The notes: generated by a model from the letters alone, not told the origin. DNA of 64,000 bases from Nitrospirota bacterium (GCA_963701855.1 CAVPBK010000012.1:43083-107082); one strand, 5' to 3'; positions 21,726-31,423 are shown, counted from the stretch's first letter. A program made the numbers and translations.

Positions 21726-21936
21726 TCCAGAGGGGAGCTAGCGTACCCTAGCACGGAGGATAACCTACGCTCCCCTAGACCAGGGTGATAGTAACAGGGT
21801 CGAAATCATGGACTTCCCCAAGAATAACGATGAGTTGAGATTTTGAGCCAGGTTTACTATCACCCCCAGGAGAGCATGCGACCCCCCACCTTGACCGATA
21901 CACTATCACCCCTTGGTGAGCCTGCGACCCCCACCT
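21677..21936. repeat. cluster of inverted and direct repeats (candidate origin)
   Basis: GGGTGATAGTA (21783) inverted at 21855; ACTATCACCCC...GCGACCCCCACCT direct repeat at 21856 and 21902; AGGGGAGC/GCTCCCCT hairpin. Confidence 0.7.
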
Positions 21937-22851
21937 AAACCAGAGGGGCCGGTGATCTTACCGGCTCCCTCGTGCTAGCTGTCGTTACACCAAATACGAA
22001 ACGAAGTAGAAACCCGTTACACAAATCTTGAAACGAATGAGGAGATCCCCCATGCCTAAAACCACAACCGAGCGAGTACAAGCGTTCCGCGCTCGACAAG
22101 CCGTCAAGACCGCACCGGCCAAGACAGCCGGGAAGCGTGTCACCCGCCTCCTTGTTGATCATCCGGAGAAGAGGGCGAAGTTCGATGCCTTTATGATTCA
22201 GATGAATAGGGAGCTGCAGATAGTAAACGCCAAGCCGCAAAGCCGATCACCGCGTAGCAACGTCTACTTCCCAGGGTTCCGCTGCTTCTTCTCGTCTTGG
22301 ATTCTGTCTGATCGAGCGAATGATATACCACGCGAGTACTCTTTAAGCAGCCCACCACACTTAAGCTTAGTATGCATGTGAATATTTCCCACAGGAATTC
22401 CACTCTTAGATTCCAACTCAGCAGAAATATCCTTGGCATCACTCTCTGATATGCCATACGCCGTTGCAAATATTCGACGGTGGCTAAACATCTCTGGGGG
22501 TGTGGAACTTGGCAACAAGAGATCTACATTCAAGTGGTGGAAGGCAAAGCCAAGGAACACAAGCCTGTGTGACGACTTAATCTTCAATCGGATGGATTTC
22601 ACGTCACTCGAAAGCTCATCGGTCACTTCCGTAAACGTCTTAATCTGACTGGCCAGCGCGAGAAGCTGTTCCGGAGGCGGAGTCGCCCCGAACCCAATCG
22701 CATTGGTCTGACCAAGCCAATGGAGTGATCCGACAGTGCCGTAGGGGCGGTAGATTTCAAGCTTCTTAAGCAATGAGGCCGCGTCCGATTCGTGCATAAA
22801 GTAGTAGTTTTGGAGTCCGTAATATAGGTACTGCTCGATGCAGCGATCATA

Positions 22852-23395
22852 AATGAAGCTCCCCGCAGCAAGCTGCGGGGTATCACAGAACTAAAACATC
22901 CGGAGCTGACGAAGATCTTCCTGAGGCTGCCCTTGCCGCTGCACGTACCGTTCGACAGTCTGCCAGTTTGCCCGTTCCCCTACCGTGGCCACGTAGTACC
23001 CATCGGTCCAAAACTCCCCGCCCCACAGTACCCGCTTCACCGCGGGCTTTCGGCGAAAGATCTCCCGCGCCGTGATGCTCTTGAATATCTGCACAATCCG
23101 GCCTGGAGCTACTTTCGGATGTGCACTGCAGAGCAGATGGATATGATTCTTGTCCGTCCCGATCGCCTCCATCTCGATCGGAAACCGTTCCGCGATCTCT
23201 GCCGCCGTCTCCTGGATAATCGTCGTCACCACCTCATCCAACAGCGATTTCCGGTATTTCACGGGAAAAACAATATGGTAGTGGATTTGCCACGCACAGT
23301 GCGCTCCCTTTCTGCCTGCCTCGTCCCTCTGGTCCGCCATACTCCAGAGGGTACCAGAAAAGATTGTCCCCGTAGCAAGCTACGGGGAATCACAA
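22852..23395 (-). mobile_element. IS200/IS605-family element, tnpA only
   Basis: subterminal hairpins CCCCGCAGCAAGCTGCGGGG (22861) and CCCCGTAGCAAGCTACGGGG (23368); no TSD. Confidence 0.92.
22891..23340 (-). CDS. tnpA: Y1 HUH transposase
   Basis: YHIVFPVKYR, DKNHIHLL (HUH), FWTDGYY, YV..Q. Confidence 0.95.
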   Translation of the reverse strand: MADQRDEAGRKGAHCAWQIHYHIVFPVKYRKSLLDEVVTTIIQETAAEIAERFPIEMEAIGTDKNHIHLLCSAHPKVAPGRIVQIFKSITAREIFRRKPAVKRVLWGGEFWTDGYYVATVGERANWQTVERYVQRQGQPQEDLRQLRMF

Positions 23396-23954
23396 GTTGA
23401 AAATCACGAGAACAACCGAACTTAGGCGCTCTTCAAGATCTGAGCGTCTGCAATTTCCAAGAAGGTGGCGAAAGAAATTGTTGAACCATGTGCTCTCAAG
23501 CCGCTCAAAGTTCATCGGACCGTTGACGTGGACCGGCATAAAGAGAGTACTCTTCGACTCTGCTTCAAGAATTGTACGAACAATTGCAAGCTTCCCGCAT
23601 AACTCAATCGCTTTGTCACCGTTATGAATATCCAGGAAGGTGTCAATCGAGCCCGCCTGTGGCATTGCGTCATGGATGCGATAACTCGCCTGATGAAGTA
23701 AGTCTAAGTGGTCTGGACGTGTAGGTTCTTTGGATGCCGCCAATTTAAGTGCGTCCCAAATGTGGCCGTCGCCGCTGACTCTTCGATAGAGTTGTTCAAA
23801 CCGAAGATCGAGAGCCGTAGCTATTAAACTCCTGAGTTCGGAGCCGATGGGCAGGCCTACTTCGTTGCTTGCCCCTGCGCCGATAATGAAGACGGTCTTT
23901 TGAGTCTCTTTAATGGGTGAAGGGTCGCTCATCGGAGCCTCTCCGAGGGAGGCC

Positions 23955-24050
23955 CATTCTAGAAGGGTTACGAACGATGGCGCAAGGGCCGCAGGCGCGG
24001 AAGTCGGAACATCCGAACGGGCGAACTGCGGAGTTCAATGAGGACAGTGA
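23955..24050 (-). repeat. ~95-bp repeat containing promoter copy 6 (TTGCGC-N18-TAGAAT)
   Basis: close copy at 25200-25296. Confidence 0.85.
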
Positions 24051-24066
24051 GGAGTAGGGTAGGCGA

Positions 24067-24471
24067 TTACTTCTTGCCGCACGTAACCTTCAAAATGCTT
24101 TGACCAATAGTTCCAGGTGCAATTGGACTCCACTTACCTTCATCGGAGTTGTTCACAAGCATATCGCCGGTTGCCATATTGTGCGAGAATCTTGTATACG
24201 CAAGTTGACGATAGCTTTCTTCCACGCAGTCCACTTGCACTTGCATACGGTCGGACAAATAGAAGACCGTGGTGTCCCCCGCTCTTTGAGCCAGCTTAAA
24301 GTCGAATAAGAACCACATCTTCACCAGATCCCCTTTTCGTCGGATGGTCTCGGGGTCAGCGTACAACGTATACCCCTTGGCACCATCAGTGTAGCCAATT
24401 TCCACCCACTCCGCGTACGCTGGCCCACCACACAGGAGAATCAGGAGTGTGATGAGGAGTGGTCGTGTCAT
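24067..24471 (-). CDS. surface-adhesin E-like secreted protein
   Basis: AYAEWV...YADPETIRRKGDLVKMW.LFDFK...DC...W.PIAPG...CGKK. Confidence 0.8.
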   Translation of the reverse strand: MTRPLLITLLILLCGGPAYAEWVEIGYTDGAKGYTLYADPETIRRKGDLVKMWFLFDFKLAQRAGDTTVFYLSDRMQVQVDCVEESYRQLAYTRFSHNMATGDMLVNNSDEGKWSPIAPGTIGQSILKVTCGKK

Positions 24472-24515
24472 GCGAATTCCTCGGACTCAAAGTACACGGG
24501 ACAGAGAAATTTCCT

Positions 24516-25166
24516 CTACGGCTTTCTCTTTCTGGCTGGGACTCGCTTCCTAAGTTCTTTAATCTTTGAATCGTGCAGATAGACAGTTTCTATAATGTGT
24601 TCTGTGATATCCACAAGCGTGATCACATCAACAGTTTCTGGCGAGAAATCTCTATGAATCGTGGCATGCCCTGCCTCCAGGATGGTCTCCAATCTCTCGC
24701 GTTGAATTCGTGACACATAGCCAAGCCCTTCGAATTTAGTAAGGTTCTTGACGAAACTTCCTTGGTCCCCTGATTTAGAAATCATGATCCTTTCAATCAG
24801 TGATCTAACCCCCATGGTTGCTAGCCTTCGAAGATCATTTTGAAGAGCTACATATATCTCACCCAGAAGGTCGCCTACAAATTGATCGACGGACGGGCGC
24901 CTCATTGCAGGGGAACTAAACCAATGGGGCCTAGGACGAGAGATAGCTGGTGGGAAGTATGTAATGGTTTCACCTTTATCTCCTGAAAACCACGAGGTAT
25001 GCCGAAGTTTTATGCTATCGCACCCCTGACACTTAAGCATTTCGTACTGGTTCCGGCCTGACAACTCTGAATAATCCTCATGCTCCCACGTTGTCTTTTC
25101 CGAATGAAGAACCTCGTGATTGCGATCTCCGTTGCATAGATTACAGTGCGCTTTTGTTGAACTCAT
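24516..25166 (-). CDS. DUF4145 (HEPN-like) domain protein with N-terminal Zn-binding cysteines
   Basis: CNLC/CQGC; EIY.AL, MG.R..IE, GHATIH; AT-rich. Confidence 0.75.
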   Translation of the reverse strand: MSSTKAHCNLCNGDRNHEVLHSEKTTWEHEDYSELSGRNQYEMLKCQGCDSIKLRHTSWFSGDKGETITYFPPAISRPRPHWFSSPAMRRPSVDQFVGDLLGEIYVALQNDLRRLATMGVRSLIERIMISKSGDQGSFVKNLTKFEGLGYVSRIQRERLETILEAGHATIHRDFSPETVDVITLVDITEHIIETVYLHDSKIKELRKRVPARKRKP

Positions 25167-25199
25167 TAGATTAGCCTATCCGGGAAAGATACCTTGGCC

Positions 25200-25296
25200 C
25201 ATTCTAGAAGGGGTGCGAACGACGGCGCAAGGGTCGCAGGCGCGGAAGTCGGAGCATCCTAACGGGCGAGCTGCGGAGTTCAACGAGGACAGCGAG
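25200..25296 (-). repeat. ~95-bp repeat containing promoter copy 7 (TTGCGC-N18-TAGAAT)
   Basis: copy of 23955-24050. Confidence 0.85.
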
Positions 25297-25421
25297 TAGT
25301 CCGAACCTGTAGGAGCGATGTCACCTGATGTCGTTCCTACTGGATGAAACTAGGGAACTTCCTGGTACCCTCTTGATCCGAACGGTCTACAATTCATGAG
25401 AATGATTTGAAAGAAAGTTAC

Positions 25422-25571
25422 ATGCCTCTAATAAGCTGTCCCAAGTGTGAGAGCGAAGTAAAGCCCATCGAGAGTTGGCGCATTACCGCTGACCTCAAAG
25501 TGGAAGAACCTCCTCAGCCCATGTGGGCCTGCCTCAATCCGACCTGCTTACACAAATGGCCAAAGTCGTAG
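25422..25571 (+). CDS. small zinc-finger protein (49 aa)
   Basis: MPLISCPKC...WACLNPTCLHKW. Confidence 0.5.
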   Translation: MPLISCPKCESEVKPIESWRITADLKVEEPPQPMWACLNPTCLHKWPKS

Positions 25572-25674
25572 ATTGGTTCATGCATCAGCTCGCGGAGAAG
25601 ACCAAGCGTTTCAAGAAGTACAACACTAAGGCGCCAACTCTGAGGCTTCCTGTTTTTCTTCGACATCGGGCGAC

Positions 25675-25704
25675 ATTGTAGGAGGGAACCGAACGAACGC
25701 GCAA
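25675..25704 (-). promoter_or_regulatory. repeated promoter module copy 8 (TTGCGC-N18-TACAAT)
   Basis: reverse complement of 25675-25704. Confidence 0.65.
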
Positions 25705-26156
25705 GGGCCACCGGCGCGGGTCGGCGCACGCATGTCTCGGTGAACAATCAGGCGGAAGGAAACGCGCTTCCGCTCAGTGAGGTTCTTACCGAACCACGGA
25801 AGCCATCGCCGTTAACCGTGCAGAGGGTCAATCTAGAATGAGATGTCGGTGTTTGTTGGGCACTGATTCATCGCAGTCAACGCAGTAGAAGTTGCCCGTG
25901 AAACCGCCGAAGCCACTAGGCTCCAATTTTAGTGTGAGATGCTCACAGAGTGGTTGACCGCCGCGCTGAGACTCCATCATTCGTACCGCAGTAGCTTGAG
26001 CGTTCATCATGATATCCTCCCCATGTTCTACAAGCCCAACTGTTCTAGACAATTCCAGTTGTTTGTACCGTTTATACAATTCGAAAGGGACTGGGGAGAT
26101 CCCTAGTTTAACTGGTCATGTGAATATGCTCAGGTCACCCCTTTGCCCGGTATTGA

Positions 26157-26250
26157 GTTCTCTTCAGAGCGCCAGCACCGTCACAACCTCCTCGTATCTC
26201 AACTTCTCCAATCCATCTCGCAGCAAACTCAGAGGGATGGTCTCCCTGTG
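26157..26250 (-). pseudogene. 3' tail of a homologous tyrosine integrase
   Basis: ~85% identical to 26782-26875; HRETIPLSLLRDGLEKLRYEEVVTVLAL*. Confidence 0.85.
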
Positions 26251-26347
26251 TAGGATTCCGACTACAGGCACAGCACCTAGGCTCGGCTTTCTATTGATTC
26301 CTTTCTAAATTGCTGTTCTAATTGCCTCCCAACCGGAGCATAGGCCG

Positions 26348-26779
26348 ATGCCTCCGTACCCCGAACTTCCCACCACGCGAGTTCTCCTCATTGACGGAAG
26401 CCACAGTCAATGTGTGTACTGGGCAGATCAGTTGAAGCGCTGCTCCCCGCATTATCAGATCGTGGAAGCCTCGGATGGCCAATCAGGGCTGGACCTCTAC
26501 CGCTCTCAGCGGATTGATTGCGTGGTGCTCGAAGTCGCACTGCCCGATGATTCGGGCTTCACGACATTGGTAGAGTTAGTCCCCATCGCCAGCAAGCCGC
26601 AGGTGCCTGTGATTGTGCTCACGCAGATTCCCCATCGAAGCGTCTGGCAGATAGCCCAGGACAATGGGGCGTATGCCTGTTTCCACAAACTCCAGACAAC
26701 GGGCGAGGATTTGGACAGAGCCATTCAGCGTGCGGTGGCGTTTGTTGGGCAGATGCCGAAGGAAGATCGGCCCATCTAA
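26348..26779 (+). CDS. atypical receiver-domain protein (Glu at phosphoacceptor position)
   Basis: VLLIDG, DCVVLEVALPD, VIVLT, ACFHK. Confidence 0.8.
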   Translation: MPPYPELPTTRVLLIDGSHSQCVYWADQLKRCSPHYQIVEASDGQSGLDLYRSQRIDCVVLEVALPDDSGFTTLVELVPIASKPQVPVIVLTQIPHRSVWQIAQDNGAYACFHKLQTTGEDLDRAIQRAVAFVGQMPKEDRPI

Positions 26780-26788
26780 TCGTTCTCT

Positions 26789-28353
26789 TCAGAGTGCCAG
26801 CATCTTCACCACTTCCTCGTACCTCAACTTCTCCAATCCCTCCCGCAACAGACTCAACGGTATGGTCTCTCTGTGAACGTACGTCTGCCCCTGAACATTC
26901 GCCGCAGAGTGTCCGGCGATGATCTCGCAGAGATTTTGAGCGCAGCCAGCTCCTATGAGTTTGCTTATCCCTCCGTGCCGCAAACTATGCAGCACAAGAG
27001 CAGGATCAGTCAGACCGGCTTTCGTAACCAACCGACTGAAGACCTTTCCTACCGCATCACTGAATCCATTCGCTCCGTGCTTCAGCGTTGGGAACAGCCG
27101 TGCATGACCAGACGCCTTGATTTCCTCCACGTACTCCATGAATCCACGCTGGATCAAACTTGAATGGATCGGCACTCGTCTTTTACTCCCTTCGTTCTTC
27201 AGGCTTTGCTCCGCCCCTTCATCGGTGATACTCAGGAACGGGATATCCTCCGCCACGCCAATATCCTTGATTGCGAGTTGCCCCGCTTCCTCCCGCCTGC
27301 AGACTTGGAACAGACAGAGCAGCGGAAGCCAGTAGTTTGCCGCGTTGGTCCTGCGTTGCTGCATGAACGCCTGCGAGCCAAACACGGCCAACAGCTCAGC
27401 ATCAGTAAACGGTCTACGCTTGGTTGCTTGTTTCTTCGCTTGCTGTTTGTTCGGCGCAAGACCACGGACGGGATTAAATCCATCAACGATGAAGCCTTGT
27501 TGCTCTGCCCATTTGAAGAGGCCTGAGAGGGATGACAAGTGTTTGATGCAGGTTGCCAGCGACAGACCGCGAGTCTGAAGCATGTGCTCTTTGTACGTGC
27601 GACAGTCGGCCTTCGTGAGCGACCCGATAGGCCGGTCACCACCTACGACCTCCACGAATCGTTCGAGTTCCGACTTCACTTGTGAGTCAGTACGTGCGGC
27701 CCGCGTGTTTTCTTGGAAGTACAGTTTGACGACCTCAGAGAAGGGTTTGCTTGGTGATGGCTTGGTCGGTGTCAATGGCGGAGCCACGGTAGGACGTGAT
27801 GGTGGACGTTCGAGATAGTTGCCATCCCACCGAGCTTGATCAATGCGGAGCACGTCTTGCTTGGCAACCAACAGACGCCGACAAAGCCTCTTAAACTCAT
27901 CGCTGTCATGTGCCAACAGAGGGAACCCCGCAGCCGTCAATACTGCATCCGCTTCCTTCTCGATAAGCTGATAATCCGAACCCAGTAATGCACACTCGAC
28001 CTCCTGGCGTTGGTCCGCTAGTACTTCGGTCACGTTGTCTCGGTACTCGTCACTGATTGGGGCATTCAGCGCCCGCAATCTTCTGCCTCGTCAAGCTCCG
28101 CAGTCATCCAGCGTGTGACCAGTTCTTCTCGTTGGTCGTTAGTCATGTAGGCTCCCTTGATCTTGAGTGTAAGAAACAGCCGATGAATCCTGGCCGTCCA
28201 TTGAGCGGAACGGATCACGGCCAGCTCACGATCAATCGTCCTGAGAGACCGCCACAGTTGCCTGCGACCCTTGAAATACGGTTGGAGTCTGCCAGGGATG
28301 AAGGCGCGATGGTAGAGAATCTTGTCTTTGAACCGGGGAAATACGGTAGCCAT
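26789..28353 (-). pseudogene. DUF6538-type tyrosine integrase, frameshifted near 28070
   Basis: N-terminal R..IP..L.....R.LWRSLRT.D; catalytic R (CRREE), K (LKN), HSLRH, GH, Y. Confidence 0.88.
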
Positions 28354-28366
28354 AATACCTCCAAAG

Positions 28367-28387
28367 TGGGTAGCTAATGGGTAGCTC
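28367..28387. repeat. tandem TGGGTAGCT repeat, candidate integrase arm sites
   Basis: TGGGTAGCT-AA-TGGGTAGCT between the integrase start and the tRNA. Confidence 0.55.
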
Positions 28388-28450
28388 TACCGATTCTCTG
28401 GAGGTTTGAACGCTGAAACGCCGCTCTGGTGGCTGCGTTGAGGCGTGTTC

Positions 28451-28528
28451 TGGTGTCCCCAACGGGATTTGAACCCGTGTTACTGCCTTGAAAGGGCAAT
28501 GTCCTAGGCCAGGCTAGACGATGGGGAC
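28451..28528 (-). tRNA. tRNA-Glu(TTC)
   Basis: GTCCCCA acceptor stem, CTTTCAA anticodon loop, GGTTCAAATCC T-arm, encoded CCA. Confidence 0.97.
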
Positions 28529-28678
28529 CAAACAGCGTCGACAAAAATGAGCAGGTCTCATACCATACTTCAGGCTCATGTGTCACTAGAAGACGCGGCA
28601 GGTTTCACGGCAGCCTGTCGCGTTTCTTCTTCGGTTTCGGTAGGATAAACTACCTCAAATGTATTAGAGCCTCCAGTC

Positions 28679-29185
28679 ATGACCCAAGGAGTACGACTCA
28701 TGACAAGACCCCAATTCGCATTGCACAGATCACTGCTGCTCGTAGCCTGCTGCCTGATAGGAGCCGGTTGTGCCCACGATACTTACCAAGAGCGGGCAAC
28801 CCTGATTAAGAATCATGCTGACGCATTCTATGACAGTCTGAAAGCTAACCGAGTGGAATCTGCAATCCGGGAAAATGAACAGATTGAAGCAATGGCGAGC
28901 CAGATGGGAGATACCGTCAGGAAGCGGGCCGGACAACAAGGCACCGCAGCGGTTGAACGGGAGTTTGCCTTGATGACCACTGCCAACGAAGCCGCAGCCA
29001 CAAACTGGCTCGCGCTGGGCCAATACTTCACCATCAAGCGCCAATACCCCCAAGCCCGCGCCACCTATCGACGCGTGATCGACACCTATACGAATCCCAC
29101 AGACCGGCCCTACCGAGAACAGGCGCTGCGCGCCTTGAAAGATTTGGACATGCTCAATCCACCCACAACAACGACAAATCCGTGA
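28679..29185 (+). CDS. lipoprotein with TPR-like C-terminus
   Basis: IGAGC lipobox; WLALGQYF...ARATYRRVI. Confidence 0.75.
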   Translation: MTQGVRLMTRPQFALHRSLLLVACCLIGAGCAHDTYQERATLIKNHADAFYDSLKANRVESAIRENEQIEAMASQMGDTVRKRAGQQGTAAVEREFALMTTANEAAATNWLALGQYFTIKRQYPQARATYRRVIDTYTNPTDRPYREQALRALKDLDMLNPPTTTTNP

Positions 29186-29739
29186 ACGTCACCCGTCCCC
29201 TGCGCCGATTCTCTCGAATACTTCTCGGCGGGCTCCTGTTATTCAGCTGGGGATGCGTCCACCGAATTCACGTCACTCCTGCGCCCTCAGCTGTTTCGCC
29301 CGTCGCCATCGCGCACTCGCTACAAGTCATTGTGCCATTTCTCGCAGTGGAAGGGGCCGATCACATGCCGGGCATCCTCTTGCTTGAGTGGCCGGCACAG
29401 GATCTTCGAACTGCCGCGATCAACTATATTCAATCGCATCAGTCATTTGCCTCGGTAAGTGACAAACCGGCCGATCTAACCTTGACCATCAAGGCCTGGC
29501 TGACAATGCGATCCCGCAACCACTACCACTACAATCTGCGCCTGGAGTCAGGCCTGGGTCCTTCGGAGAAACTGCCGACCAAGTCTTATCTGGTGGAAAA
29601 GGAAACGGTGGGATCGAGCGTTCGGTGGGTCACGGCTTCGGATCAGACCCCCATTGCGGAAGCGGTCCAAGCCGCTCTGGACGATCTGCTCTCGCAAATC
29701 GAAGCCGATCATCTTTTATATAGAAATGGCCTGCGCTGA
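29182..29739 (+). CDS. putative lipoprotein
   Basis: FSWGC lipobox; GTGA overlap with upstream gene. Confidence 0.75.
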   Translation: MNVTRPLRRFSRILLGGLLLFSWGCVHRIHVTPAPSAVSPVAIAHSLQVIVPFLAVEGADHMPGILLLEWPAQDLRTAAINYIQSHQSFASVSDKPADLTLTIKAWLTMRSRNHYHYNLRLESGLGPSEKLPTKSYLVEKETVGSSVRWVTASDQTPIAEAVQAALDDLLSQIEADHLLYRNGLR

Positions 29740-29834
29740 AAAAAATGGCAGAGGCCGGGAGGGTACGGAAAAATCAATTCGGCAGAGCAGAGCATCGATG
29801 GCCCGCACGCCTGGGACGAGAGAAATATATCCCC

Positions 29835-30053
29835 GCAGGAATGCTTAAAAAGTCCGTCCAGCACGGTCGCAGCCGATGAAAGCACCGGAGACGTAGCATT
29901 TATCACTCGCCCACCCAAGCTGCCAAGCCAGCTTGTTCTCCGACTGGGCTACGTTGAGGATGCGTTCGAGGCAAGAACGACGCATGGGAAAAGGCGCATC
30001 CCTGCCTCGCCGGGGTCTGGCCGGTGAGAAGAGCGAGTGTTTCAGTATCCTGC
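29835..30053. repeat. MITE/REP-like intergenic element with imperfect terminal inverted repeats
   Basis: GCAGGAATGCTTAAAAA ... TGTTTCAGTATCCTGC; related end CTTTTCAGCATCCTGC at 32116-32131. Confidence 0.6.
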
Positions 30054-30351
30054 TAGGAGGTTCGAGACCGTCGGTCGAAGAGGCGCATCGCAAGACATCC
30101 GGCTGCCACACCTGCCGCAACCATTGCGCCGACTATCCAACCGGAAGAGAAACCTGTCCCTCGCGATTTACGACGTCGAAGGTCCCGACTCAGGTTCGGC
30201 ATATGGGATTCCGGCCCGAGCCATTCATCCTCTGATGAGCGGGCCGAGCCCCTCTTGAAGAGAATGGTTGTCCTTCTTTCACTCATGATTCCCCTACCTC
30301 TCTGCAAGCCTACCCATACCAATCCCACTAAAACAGCCTGAGCGGCAGATC

Positions 30352-31044
30352 CTAGGCAGACCGAGAACTAGTGTAGTTTGCCCAGGTCTCATTCACTTGG
30401 GTAATCGGAGCCGGTTCGTACACATGGCAATCAAGACGTAGCGAACGGTCGCCAAGAGGAACGTTCAGATAATCACAGTGATGCGGACGATCGGCATTGT
30501 CGTGTTGATTGGGGCGAAAGTTGTGACAGGACACACACATCCTCGCGACAGAAATCTCTCCCTGTTCTTGGAGACTACGAATGACCTTTACCAGGGATCT
30601 AAGGAGGGAGACCTGCTCCGGTGCCGAGAGTGCCTCCGTCGCAGTTGCCAGCCGATCTGGCATACGGGAAGTGGGTGCGCAGGACCGATTCCCTTTGGCC
30701 GTCAAATACGCCATCACAACCCGTCCATCGCTCATGTCACGACGCCGTCGAACCAACTGTTTCCGTTCGAGCGTAGCGATGACTTCCGACGCTGTCGGGA
30801 GCCTGACGGCCAACTCGTGCGCTACTGTGGAAACTTGCGCACGCTGCCCGGGCTTGGACCGAAGAAGCGTGAGAACCTGCCGCTGTAAGGGGCCAAGCCC
30901 TGCTCGACCTTCTCGCCGCCACGTCCGGCTTTTCATCGCCAGCCCAATCTTTTCTAGGCCGGCCGCCAGCTGAGTCGTCAACGCAACCGCATCCTGTAAC
31001 CTCGCCGACTTCTTCTTGCTACCGAGCGTGCGCTGTTCAGCCAT
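30352..31044 (-). CDS. MarR family regulator with C-terminal Cys cluster
   Basis: wHTH, LERKQLV.R, DGR...LT..G; RMCVSC...HHC...RLDC. Confidence 0.88.
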   Translation of the reverse strand: MAEQRTLGSKKKSARLQDAVALTTQLAAGLEKIGLAMKSRTWRREGRAGLGPLQRQVLTLLRSKPGQRAQVSTVAHELAVRLPTASEVIATLERKQLVRRRRDMSDGRVVMAYLTAKGNRSCAPTSRMPDRLATATEALSAPEQVSLLRSLVKVIRSLQEQGEISVARMCVSCHNFRPNQHDNADRPHHCDYLNVPLGDRSLRLDCHVYEPAPITQVNETWANYTSSRSA

Positions 31045-31423
31045 GAAGCTCCTCCTTAAATACCAGTATTTCTTAAGTGTAGTGTGCCTACTATCCCCAC
31101 GTCAAGATTCCGGATGGCCCATCGACCAGTACATAACACCAATGAGCGGGCCAGAGAGGGGAGTGATCGTAGGATGCCGACTAGCCCATAAGATGGAAGC
31201 AGAGGGATCGAATAGCACCACCTGAATCCAGGATTTGCCAGAAATATTTCAGCGACGACTCACAACTAACCGCATCCGACAAGAGAACAGTCGCCCTGCC
31301 AAGCGGCCATTCGGTGCCGAAGGCTAGGTTGGGTGTCATCGGCTTGATCGCCTTGCTTCCCGATTGGCCAAACAGTATATCGATCAGGTCAGCGAGAGCA
31401 GGGAACGTGCGCAGATCAGCGGA

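Larger units (their letters stand above)
22264..23932 (-). pseudogene. SIR2-like domain protein interrupted by IS200 (374 aa when rejoined)
   Basis: VFIIGAGAS...LP.G, SID.F, IFN|YDRCIE, RPYG..G, LVFLGFAF; removing 22852-23395 restores the frame exactly. Confidence 0.85.

Noticed and set aside
22852..23395. TnpB/omegaRNA system
   Set aside because: Element is 544 bp with tnpA only.
24270..24279. TGGTGTCCCC match to the tRNA-Glu end
   Set aside because: Only 10 bp and inside an intact adhesin-E coding sequence; likely chance.
1..26800. Classical integron or CRISPR array
   Set aside because: No recognisable attC stems or IntI, no identical regularly spaced repeats, no cas genes; the repeats are promoter modules and gene tails.
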